Of a DNA stretch of 64,000 nucleotides, positions 53,301 to 64,000 are shown piece by piece. The notes below the pieces were generated by a model. It worked only from the letters and a program-made list of their open reading frames with translations, was not told where the DNA came from and searched no databases. Position numbers and translations under genes: made by a program. Origin of the DNA: Eledone cirrhosa. Its lineage: Eukaryota. Numbering within the stretch: position 1 is the stretch's first letter; each line of letters opens with the position of its first letter. The stretch is taken from assembly GCA_964016885.1 (NCBI GenBank), contig CAXHJY010000898.1:310001-374000 (forward strand), in the 5' to 3' direction.

Positions 53301-56300
53301 CTTAGGAGAGCTTAGCTTAGCTTAGCTTAGGAAAACTTAGCTTAGCTTAGCTTAGCTTAGGATAGCTTAGCTTAGCTTAGCTTAGGTAGCTTAGCTTAGC
53401 TTAGCTTAGGATAGCTTAGCTTAGCTTAGCTTAGCTTAGCTTAGGATAGCTTAGCTTAGCTTAGCTTAGGAGAGCTTAGCTTAGCTTAGGATAGCTTAGG
53501 ATAGCTTAGCTTAGGATAGCTTAGGATAGCTTACCTTAGGAGAGCTTAGCTTAGGATAGCTTAGCTTAGGATAGCTTAGGATAGCTTAGCTTAGGATAGC
53601 TTAGCTTAGGATAGCTTAGCTTAGGATAGCTTAGGATAGCTTAGCTTAGCTTAGCTTAGGATAGCTTAGCTTAGCTTAGCTTAGGATAGCTTAGCTTAGG
53701 TTAGCTTAGCTTAGGATAGCTTAGGATAGCTTAGCTTAGGATAGCTTAGGATAGCTTAGCTTAGGATAGCTTAGGATAGCTTAGCTTAGGAGAGCTTAGC
53801 TTAGGATAGCTTAGGATAGCTTAGCTTAGGATAGCTTAGGATAGCTTAGCTTAGGATAGCTTAGGATAGCTTAGCTTAGGATAGCTTATCTTAGGATAGC
53901 TTAGGATAGCTTAGCTTAGCTTAGCTTAGGATAGCTTAGCTTAGCTTAGCTTAGGATAGCTTAGCTTAGCTTAGCTTAGGATAGCTTAGCTTAGCTTAGC
54001 TTAGGATAGCTTAGGATAGCTTAGCTTAGGATAGCTTAGGATAGCTTAGCTTAGGATAGCTTAGGATAGCTTAGGATAGCTTAGCTTAGCTTAGCTTAGG
54101 ATAGCTTAGCTTAGCTTAGCTTAGGATAGCTTAGCTTAGCTTAGCTTAGGATAGCTTAGCTTAGCTTAGGATAGCTTAGCTTAGCTTAGCTTAGGATAGC
54201 TTAGCTTAGCTTAGGATAGCTTAGCTTAGCTTAGCTTAGGATAGCTTAGCTTAGCTTAGGATAGCTTAGCTTAGCTTAGCTTAGGATAGCTTAGCTTAGC
54301 TTAGCTTAGGATAGCTTAGCTTAGGATAGCTTAGCTTAGGATAGCTTAGCTTAGGTTAGCTTAGCTTAGCTTAGCTTAGGATAGCTTAGGATAGCTTAGC
54401 TTAGGATAGCTTAGCTTAGCTTAGGATAGCTTAGCTTAGCTTAGCTTAGGATAGCTTAGCTTAGCTTAGCTTAGGATAGCTTAGCTTAGGATAGCTTAGG
54501 ATAGCTTAGCTTAGCTTAGCTTAGGATAGCTTAGCTTAGCTTAGCTTAGGATAGCTTAGCTTAGCTTAGGATAGCTTAGCTTAGCTTAGCTTAGGATAGC
54601 TTAGCTTAGCTTAGCTTAGGATAGCTTAGCTTAGCTTAGGATAGCTTAGGATAGCTTAGGATAGCTTAGCTTAGCTTAGCTTAGGATAGCTTAGCTTAGC
54701 TTAGCTTAGGATAGCTTAGCTTAGCTTAGCTTAGGATAGCTTAGCTTAGCTTAGGATAGCTTAGCTTAACTTAGCTTAGGATAGCTTAGCTTAGCTTAGC
54801 TTAGGATAGCTTAGCTTAGCTTAGCTTAGGATAGCTTAGCTTAGCTTAGCTTAGGATAGCTTAGCTTAGCTTAGCTTAGGAGAGCTTAGCTTAGCTTAGC
54901 TTAGGATAGATTAGCTTAGCTTAGGATAGCTTAGCTTAGCTTAGCTTAGGAAAGCTTAGCTTAGCTTAGGATAGCTTAGCTTAGCTTAGCTTAGGAGAGC
55001 TTAGCTTAGCTTAGGATAGCTTAGCTTAGCTTAGCTTAGGATAGCTTAGCTTAGCTTAGCTTAGGTAGCTTAGCTTAGCTTAGCTTAGGATAGCTTAGCT
55101 TAGCTTAGCTTAGCTTAGGATAGCTTAGCTTAGCTTAGCTTAGGATAGCTTAGCTTAGCTTAGCTTAGGATAGCTTAGGATAGCTTAGCTTAGGATAGCT
55201 TAGGATAGCTTACCTTAGGAGAGCTTAGCTTAGGATAGCTTAGCTTAGGATAGCTTAGGATAGCTTAGCTTAGGATAGCTTAGCTTAGGATAGCTTAGCT
55301 TAGGATAGCTTAGGATAGCTTAGCTTAGCTTAGCTTAGGATAGCTTAGCTTAGCTTAGCTTAGGATAGCTTAGCTTAGGTTAGCTTAGCTTAGCTTAGCT
55401 TAGGATAGCTTAGCTTAGGATAGCTTAGGATAGCTTAGCTTAGGATAGCTTAGCTTAGGATAGCTTAGCTTAGCTTTGCTTAGGATAGCTTAGCTTAGCT
55501 TAGCTTAGGATAGCTTAGCTTAGCTTAGCTTAGGATAGCTTAGCTTAGCTTAGCTTAGGATAGCTTAGCTTAGCTTAGCTTAGGATAGCTTAGCTTAGCT
55601 TAGCTTAGGATAGCTTAGCTTAGCTTAGGATCGCTTAGCTTAGCTTAGCTTAGGATAGCTTAGCTTAGCTTAGGATAGCTTAGCTTAGCTTAGCTTAGGA
55701 TAGCTTAGCTTAGCTTAGGATAGCTTAGGATAGCTTAGCTTAGGAGAGCTTAGCTTAGCTTAGCTTAGGATAGCTTAGCTTAGCTTAGCTTAGGATAGCT
55801 TAGCTTAACTTAGCTTAGGATAGCTTAGCTTAGCTTAACTTAGGATAGCTTAGCTTAGCTTAGCTTAGGATAGCTTAGCTTAGCTTAGCTTAGGATAGCT
55901 TAGCTTAGCTTAGCTTAGGATAGCTTAGGATTGCTTAGCTTAGGATAGCTTAGGATAGCTTACCTTAGGAGAGCTTAGCTTAGGATAGCTTAGCTTAGGA
56001 TAGCTTAGGATAGCTTAGCTTAGGATAGCTTAGCTTAGGATAGCTTAGCTTAGGATAGCTTAGGATAGCTTAGCTTAGCTTAGCTTAGGATAGCTTAGCT
56101 TAGCTTAGCTTAGGATAGCTTAGCTTAGCTTAGCTAAGGATAGCTTAGCTTAGCTTAGCTTAGGATAGCTTAGGATAGCTTAGCTTAGGATAGCTTAGGA
56201 TAGCTTAGCTTAGGATAGCTTAGGATAGCTTAGCTTAGGATAGCTTAGCTTAGGATAGCTTAGCTTAGGATAGCTTAGGATAGCTTAGCTTAGGATAGCT

Positions 56301-59270
56301 TAGGATAGCTTAGCTTAGGATAGCTTAGCTTAGGATAGCTTAGGATAGCTTAGCTTAACTTAGCTTAGGAAAGCTTAGCTTAGCTTAGCTTAGGATAGCT
56401 TAGCTTAGCTTAGCTTAGGATAGCTTAGCTTAGCTTAGCTTAGGATAGCTTAGGATAGCTTAGCTTAGGATAGCTTAGCTTAGGATAGCTTAGGATTGTT
56501 TAGCTTAGGATAGCTTAGCTTAGGATAGCTTAGGATAGCTTAGCTTAGCTTAGCTTAGGATAGCTTAGGATAGCTTAGCTTAGGATAGCTTAGGATAGCT
56601 TAGCTTAGGATAGATTAGGATAGCTTAGCTTAGGATAGCTTAGGATAGCTTAGCTTAGGATAGCTTAGCTTAGGATAGCTTAGCTTAGCTTAGCTTAGGA
56701 TAGCTTAGCTTGGGATAGCTTAGGATAGCTTAGCTTAGGATAGCTTAGGATAGCTTAGCTTAGCTTAGCTTAGGATAGCTTAGCTTAGCTTAGCTTAGGA
56801 TAGCTTAGCTTAGCTTAGGATAGCTTAGCTTAGCTTAGCTTAGGATAGCTTAGCTTAGCTTAGCTTAGGATTGCTTAGCTTAGCTTAGCTTAGGATAGCT
56901 TAGCTTAGCTTAGCTTAGGATAGCTTAGCTTAGCTTAGCTTAGGATAGCTTAGCTTAGCTTAGCTTAGAATAGCTTAGCTTAGGATAGCTTAGCTTAGGA
57001 TAGCTTAGCTTAGGATAGCTTAGCTTAGGATAGCTTAGGATAGCTTAGCTTAGGATAGCTTAGGATAGCTTAGCTTAGGATAGCTTAGCTTAGCTTAGCT
57101 TAGGATAGCTTAGCTTAGCTTAGGATAGCTTAGCTTAGCTTAGCTTAGGATAGCTTAGCTTAGGATAGCTTAGGAAAGCTTAGCTTAGCTTAGCTTAGGA
57201 TAGCTTAGCTTAGCTTAGCTTAGGATAGCTTAGCTTAGCTTAGGATAGCTTAGCTTAGCTTAGCTTAGGATAGCTTAGCTTAGCTTAGTTTAGGATAGCT
57301 TAGCTTAGCTTAGCTTAGGATAGCTTAGCTTGGCTTAGCTTAGGATAGCTTAGCTTAGCTTAGCTTAGGATAGCTTAGCTTAGGATAGCTTAGCTTAGCT
57401 TAGGATAGCTTAGCTTAGCTTAGCTTAGGATAGCTTAGCTTAGGATAGCTTAGCTTAGCTTAGCTTAGGATAGCTTAGCATAGCTTAGCTTAGGATAGCT
57501 TAGCTTAGCTTAGCTTAGGATAGCTTAGCTTAGCTTAGCTTAGGATAGCTTAGCTTAGCTTAGCTTAGGATAGCTTAGCTTAGCTTAGCTTAGGATAGCT
57601 TAGCTTAGCTTAGCTTAGGATAGCTTAGCATAGCTTAGCTTAGGATAGCTTAGCTTAGCTTAGCTTAGGATAGCTTAGCTTAGCTTAGGATAGCTTAGCT
57701 TAGCTTGGCTTAGGATAGCTTAGCTTAGCTTGGCTTAGGATAGCTTAGCTTAGCTTAGGATAGCTTAGCTTAGGATAGCTTAGGATAGCTTAGCTTAGCT
57801 TAGCTTAGGATAGCTTAGCTTAGTTTAGGATAGCTTAGCTTAGCTTAGCTTAGGATAGCTTAGGATAGCTTAGCTTAGGATAGCTTAGGATAGCTTAGCT
57901 TAGGATAGCTTAGGATAGCTTAGCTTAGGATAGCTTAGGATAGCTTAGGTTAGGATAGCTTAGCTTAGGATAGCTTAGGATAGCTTAGCTTAGGATAGCT
58001 TAGGATAGCTTAGCTTAGGATAGCTTAGGATAGCTTAGCTTAGGATAGCTTAGCTTAGGATAGCTTAGGAAAGCTTAGCTTAGCTTAGCTTAGGATAGCT
58101 TAGCTTAGCTTAGCTTAGGATAGCTTAGCTTAGCTTAGCTTAGGATAGCTTAGGATAGCTTAGCTTAGGATAGCTTAGGATAGCTTAGCTTAGGATAGCT
58201 TAGCTTAGGATAGCTTAGGATAGCTTAGCTTAGGATAGCTTAGGATAGCTTAGCTTAGGATAGCTTAGCTTAGGATAGCTTAGGATAGCTTAGCTTAGCT
58301 TAGCTTAGGATAGCTTAGCTTAGCTTAGGAGAGCTTAGCTTAGCTTAGCTTAGCTTAGGATAGCTTAGCTTAGCTTAGGATAGCTTAGGATAGCTTAGCT
58401 TAGGATGGCTTAGGATAGCTTAGCTTAGGATAGCTTAGGATAGCTTAGCTTAGGATAGCTTAGGATAGCTTAGCTTAGGATAGCTTAGCTTAGGATAGCT
58501 TAGCTTAGCTTAGCTTAGGATAGCTTAGCTTAGGATAGCTTAGGATATCTTAGGTTAGGATAGCTTAGCTTAGGATAGCTTAGGATAGATTAGCTTAGCT
58601 TAGCTTAGGATAGCTTAGCTTAGCTTAGCTTAGGATAGCTTAGCTTAGCTTAGGATAGCTTAGCTTAGCTTAGCTTAGGATAGCTTAGCTTAGCTTAGCT
58701 TAGGATAGCTTAGCTTAGCTTAGGATAGCTTAGCTTAGCTTAGCTTAGGATAGCTTAGCTTAGCTTAGCTTAGGATAGCTTAGCTTAGGATAGCTTAGCT
58801 TAGGATAGCTTAGCTTAGGTTAGCTTAGCTTAGCTTAGCTTAGGATAGCTTAGGATAGCTTAGCTTAGGATAACTTAGCTTAGCTTAGCTTAGGATAGCT
58901 TAGCTTAGCTTAGCTTAGGATAGCTTAGCTTAGCTTAGCTTAGGATAGCTTAGCTTAGGATAGCTTAGGATTGCTTAGCTTAGCTTAGCTTAGGATAGCT
59001 TAGCTTAGCTTAGCTTAGGATAGCTTAGCTTAGCTTAGGATAGCTTAGCTTAGCTTAGCTTAGGATAGCTTAGCTTAGCTTAGCTTAGGATAGCTTAGCT
59101 TAGCTTAGCTTAGGATAGCTTAGGATAGCTTAGGATAGCTTAGCTTAGCTTAGCTTAGGAGAGCTTAGCTTAGCTTAGGATAGCTTAGCTTAGCTTAGCT
59201 TAGGATAGCTTAGCTTAGCTTAGGATAGCTTAGCTTAGCTTAGCTTAGGATAGCTTAGCTTAGCTTAGCT
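40700..59270 (+). repeat. ~9.3-kb tandem duplication (junction near 50,010)
   Basis: TACCT 40790/50088 (9298), 44249/53532 (9283), 45933/55211 (9278), 46688/55961 (9273); TATCT 49293/58546 (9253). Confidence 0.88.
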
Positions 59271-62200
59271 TAGGATAGCTTAGCTTAGCTTAGCTTAGGA
59301 TAGCTTAGCTTAGCTTAGCTTAGGATAGCTTAGCTTAGCTTAGCTTAGGATAGATTAGCTTAGCTTAGGATAGCTTAGCTTAGCTTAGCTTAGGAAAGCT
59401 TAGCTTAGCTTAGGATAGCTTAGCTTAGCTTAGCTTAGGAGAGCTTAGCTTAGCTTAGCTTAGGATAGCTTAGCTTAGCTTAGCTTAGGATAGCTTAGCT
59501 TAGCTTAGGTAGCTTAGCTTAGCTTAGCTTAGGATAGCTTAGCTTAGCTTAGCTTAGCTTAGGATAGCTTAGCTTAGCTTAGCTTAGGAGAGCTTAGCTT
59601 AGCTTAGCTTAGGATAGCTTAGGATAGCTTAGCTTAGGATAGCTTAGGATAGCTTACCTTAGGAGAGCTTAGCTTAGGATAGCTTAGCTTAGGATAGCTT
59701 AGGATAGCTTAGCTTAGGATAGCTTAGCTTAGGATAGCTTAGCTTAGGATAGCTTAGGATAGCTTAGCTTAGCTTAGCTTAGGATAGCTTAGCTTAGCTT
59801 AGCTTAGGATAGCTTAGCTTAGGTTAGCTTAGCTTAGCTTAGCTTAGCTTAGGATAGCTTAGCTTAGGATAGCTTAGGATAGCTTAGGATAGCTTAGCTT
59901 AGGATAGCTTAGCTTAGGATAGCTTAGGATAGCTTAGCTTAGGATAGCTTAGGATAGCTTAGCTTAGGATAGCTTAGCTTAGGATAGCTTAGGATAGCTT
60001 AGCTTAGCTTAGCTTAGGATAGCTTAGCTTAGCTTAGCTTAGGATAGCTTAGCTTAGCTTAGGATTGCTTAGCTTAGCTTAGCTTAGGATAGCTTAGGAT
60101 AGCTTAGCTTAGGATAGCTTAGCTTAGGATAGCTTAGGATAGCTTAGGATAGCTTAGCTTAGCTTAGCTTAGGATAGCTTAGCTTAGCTTAGCTTAGGAT
60201 AGCTTAGCTTAGCTTAGCTTAGGATAGCTTAGCTTAGCTTAGGATAGCTTAGCTTAGCTTAGCTTAGGATAGCTTAGCTTAGCTTAGCTTAGGACAGCTT
60301 AGCTTAGCTTAGCTTAGGATAGCTTAGCTTAGCTTAGGATAGCTTAGCTTAGCTTAGCTTAGGATAGCTTAGCTTAGGATAGCTTAGCTTAGGATAGCTT
60401 AGCTTGGGTTAGCTTAGCTTAGCTTAGCTTAGGATAGCTTAGGATAGCTTAGCTTAGGATAGCTTAGCTTAGGATAGCTTAGGATAGCTTAGCTTAGGAT
60501 AGCTTAGGATAGCTTAGCTTAGGATAGCTTAGCTTAGCTTAGCTTAGGATAGCTTAGCTTAGCTTAGGATAGCTTAGCTTAGCTTAGCTTAGGATAGCTT
60601 AGCTTAGGATAGCTTAGGAAAGCTTAGCTTAGCTTAGCTTAGGATAGCTTAGCTTAGCTTAGCTTAGGATAGCTTAGCTTAGCTTAGGATAGCTTAGCTT
60701 AGCTTAGCTTAGGATAGCTTAGCTTAGCTTAGTTTAGGATAGCTTAGCTTAGCTTAGCTTAGGATAGCTTAGCTTGGCTTAGCTTAGGATAGCTTAGCTT
60801 AGCTTAGCTTAGGATAGCTTAGCTTAGGATAGCTTAGCTTAGCTTAGCTTAGGATAGCTTAGCTTAGCTTAGCTTAGGATAGCTTAGCTTAGGATAGCTT
60901 AGCTTAGCTTAGCTTAGGATAGCTTAGCATAGCTTAGCTTAGGATAGCTTAGCTTAGCTTAGCTTAGGATAGCTTAGCTTAGCTTAGGATAGCTTAGCTT
61001 AGCTTAGCTTAGGATAGCTTAGCTTAGCTTAGCTTAGGATAGCTTAGCTTAGCTTAGCTTAGGAAAGCTTAGCATAGCTTAGCTTAGGATAGCTTAGCTT
61101 AGCTTAGCTTAGGATAGCTTAGCTTAGCTTAGGATAGCTTAGCTTAGCTTGGCTTAGGGTAGCTTAGCTTAGCTTGGCTTAGGATAGCTTAGCTTAGCTT
61201 AGCTTAGGATAGCTTAGCTTAGGATAGCTTAGGATAGCTTAGCTTAGCTTAGCTTAGGATAGCTTAGCTTAGTTTAGGATAGCTTAGCTTAGCTTAGCTT
61301 AGGATAGCTTAGGATAGCTTAGCTTAGGATAGCTTAGGATAGCTTAGCTTAGGATAGCTTAGGATAGCTTAGCTTAGGATAGCTTAGGATAGCTTAGGTT
61401 AGGATAGCTTAGCTTAGGATAGCTTAGGATAGCTTAGCTTAGGATAGCTTAGGATAGCTTAGCTTAGGATAGCTTAGGATAGCTTAGCTTAGGATAGCTT
61501 AGCTTAGGATAGCTTAGGAAAGCTTAGCTTAGCTTAGCTTAGGATAGCTTAGCTTAGCTTAGCTTAGGATAGCTTAGCTTAGCTTAGCTTAGGATAGCTT
61601 AGGATAGCTTAGCTTAGGATAGCTTAGGATAGCTTAGCTTAGGATAGCTTAGCTTAGGATAGCTTAGCTTAGGATAGCTTAGGATAGCTTAGCTTAGGAT
61701 AGCTTAGGATAGCTTAGCTTAGGATAGCTTAGCTTAGGATAGCTTAGGATAGCTTAGCTTAGCTTAGCTTAGGATAGCTTAGCTTAGCTTAGGATAGCTT
61801 AGCTTAGCTTAGCTTAGCTTAGGATAGCTTAGCTTAGCTTAGGATAGCTTAGGATAGCTTAGCTTAGGATAGCTTAGGATAGCTTAGCTTAGGATAGCTT
61901 AGGATAGCTTAGCTTAGGATAGCTTAGGATAGCTTAGCTTAGGATAGCTTAGCTTAGGATAGCTTAGCTTAGCTTAGCTTAGGATAGCTTAGCTTAGGAT
62001 AGCTTAGGATATCTTAGGTTAGGATAGCTTAGCTTAGGATAGCTTAGGATAGATTAGCTTAGCTTAGCTTAGGATAGCTTAGCTTAGCTTAGCTTAGGAT
62101 AGCTTAGCTTAGCTTAGGATAGCTTAGCTTAGCTTAGCTTAGGATAGCTTAGCTTAGCTTAGCTTAGGATAGCTTAGCTTAGCTTAGGATAGCTTAGCTT

Positions 62201-63960
62201 AGCTTAGCTTAGGATAGCTTAGCTTAGCTTAGCTTAGGATAGCTTAGCTTAGCTTAGCTTAGGATAGCTTAGCTTAGGATAGCTTAGCTTAGGATAGCTT
62301 AGCTTAGGTTAGCTTAGCTTAGCTTAGCTTAGGATAGCTTAGGATAGCTTAGCTTAGGATAACTTAGCTTAGCTTAGCTTAGGATAGCTTAGCTTAGCTT
62401 AGCTTAGGATAGCTTAGCTTAGCTTAGCTTAGGATAGCTTAGCTTAGGATAGCTTAGGATTGCTTAGCTTAGCTTAGCTTAGGATAGCTTAGCTTAGCTT
62501 AGCTTAGGATAGCTTAGCTTAGCTTAGGATAGCTTAGCTTAGCTTAGCTTAGGATAGCTTAGCTTAGCTTAGCTTAGGATAGCTTAGCTTAGCTTAGCTT
62601 AGGATAGCTTAGGATAGCTTAGGATAGCTTAGCTTAGCTTAGCTTAGGATAGCTTAGCTTAGCTTAGGATAGCTTAGCTTAGCTTAGCTTAGGATAGCTT
62701 AGCTTAGCTAAAGATAGCTTAGCTTAGCTTAGCTTAGGATAGCTTAGCTTAGCTTAGCTTAGGATAGCTTAGCTTAGCTTAGCTTAGGATAGCTTAGCTT
62801 AGCTTAGCTTAGGATAGCTTAGCTTAGCTTAGCTTAGGATAGATTAGCTTAGCTTAGGATAGCTTAGCTTAGCTTAGCTTAGGAAAGCTTAGCTTAGCTT
62901 AGGATAGCTTAGCTTAGCTTAGCTTAGGAGAGCTTAGCTTAGCTTAGCTTAGGATAGCTTAGCTTAGCTTAGCTTAGGATAGCTTAGCTTAGCTTAGGTA
63001 GCTTAGCTTAGCTTAGCTTAGGATAGCTTAGCTTAGCTTAGCTTAGCTTAGGATAGCTTAGCTTAGCTTAGCTTAGGAGAGCTTAGCTTAGCTTAGCTTA
63101 GGATAGCTTAGGATAGCTTAGCTTAGGATAGCTTAGGATAGCTTACCTTAGGAGAGCTTAGCTTAGGATAGCTTAGCTTAGGATAGCTTAGGATAGCTTA
63201 GCTTAGGATAGCTTAGCTTAGGATAGCTTAGCTTAGGATAGCTTAGGATAGCTTAGCTTAGCTTAGCTTAGGATAGCTTAGCTTAGCTTAGCTTAGGATA
63301 GCTTAGCTTAGGTTAGCTTAGCTTAGCTTAGCTTAGCTTAGGATAGCTTAGCTTAGGATAGCTTAGGATAGCTTAGGATAGCTTAGCTTAGGATAGCTTA
63401 GCTTAGGATAGCTTAGGATAGCTTAGCTTAGGATAGCTTAGGATAGCTTAGCTTAGGATAGCTTAGCTTAGGATAGCTTAGGATAGCTTAGCTTAGCTTA
63501 GCTTAGGATAGCTTAGCTTAGCTTAGCTTAGGATAGCTTAGCTTAGCTTAGGATTGCTTAGCTTAGCTTAGCTTAGGATAGCTTAGGATAGCTTAGCTTA
63601 GGATAGCTTAGCTTAGGATAGCTTAGGATAGCTTAGGATAGCTTAGCTTAGCTTAGCTTAGGATAGCTTAGCTTAGCTTAGCTTAGGATAGCTTAGCTTA
63701 GCTTAGCTTAGGATAGCTTAGCTTAGCTTAGGATAGCTTAGCTTAGCTTAGCTTAGGATAGCTTAGCTTAGCTTAGCTTAGGACAGCTTAGCTTAGCTTA
63801 GCTTAGGATAGCTTAGCTTAGCTTAGGATAGCTTAGCTTAGCTTAGCTTAGGATAGCTTAGCTTAGGATAGCTTAGCTTAGGATAGCTTAGCTTGGGTTA
63901 GCTTAGCTTAGCTTAGCTTAGGATAGCTTAGGATAGCTTAGCTTAGGATAGCTTAGCTTA
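57000..63960 (+). repeat. ~3.45-3.49-kb tandem higher-order unit (junction near 60,470)
   Basis: TATCT 58546/62010 (3464); TACCT 59655/63144 and AGGAC 60291/63780 (3489). It is closely related to the ~5.0-8.5 kb segment. Confidence 0.8.
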
Positions 63961-64000
63961 GCTTAGCTTAGGATAGCTTAGCTTAGCTTAGTTTAGGATA

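Larger units (their letters stand above)
1..64000 (+). repeat. Compound pentameric satellite array (TAGCT/TAGGA; equivalently TTAGC / TTAGG-ATAGC), running through both window edges
   Basis: Every part of the window parses as 5-bp units TAGCT or TAGGA, with rare single-base variants (TAGGT, TAGAT, AAGCT, GAGCT, TACCT, TGGCT, TAGTT, TAGAA, TAACT etc.) and about 20 small indels. No strand inversion was seen. Both units are 40% GC. Confidence 0.99.

Noticed and set aside
1-64000. Protein-coding ORFs on either strand
   Set aside because: TAG every 5 bp closes all three + frames within about 15 bp. The - strand has TAA at most unit junctions, and ATG is almost absent.
1-64000. CRISPR array or other repeat-spacer system
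   Set aside because: There are no unique spacers and no cas genes; the variation is only in A-run length and inherited point variants.
1-64000. Canonical telomerase-synthesised (TTAGG)n telomere or G-quadruplex array
   Set aside because: TTAGG is not tandemly repeated apart from rare TTAGGTTAGG variants, GG doublets are usually 10-25 bp apart, and kb-scale inherited variants are incompatible with direct templated synthesis.
1-64000. The A/B string as an encoded message or purely synthetic or artefactual sequence
   Set aside because: The pattern is explained by nested duplication with nested mutations. Variants shared at consistent offsets argue for a natural satellite, although individual duplications could still be misassembled.
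1-64000. Inserted telomere-specific retrotransposons (SART/TRAS-like) or array inversions
   Set aside because: No non-satellite sequence, poly(A) tract or switch to CCTAA/GCTAA orientation was seen; the few GCTAAG occurrences are single T-to-A substitutions.

Overview
The whole 64 kb window is one uninterrupted, single-orientation satellite array with no unique sequence. It is built from two pentamers, A=TAGCT and B=TAGGA; read in a shifted register this is (TTAGC)n punctuated by the decamer TTAGGATAGC, so it contains the arthropod-type telomeric TTAGG. No gene, RNA gene, transposon or CRISPR array can be supported. The array is not random. B was never seen next to B, and the two commonest local patterns (BAAAA and BABAA) both have a 25-bp period. 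Rare variant pentamers act as barcodes that reveal nested higher-order duplications at about 0.28, 0.755, 1.42, 3.1, 3.5, 5.9, 9.0 and 9.3 kb, plus an ancestral cassette of about 420 bp that recurs at least 16 times. The best reading is a telomere-like (centromeric, pericentromeric or subtelomeric) eukaryotic satellite expanded by recombination rather than written by telomerase. All counts and offsets were made by eye from landmark variants, and block boundaries are approximate (tens to about 100 bp).
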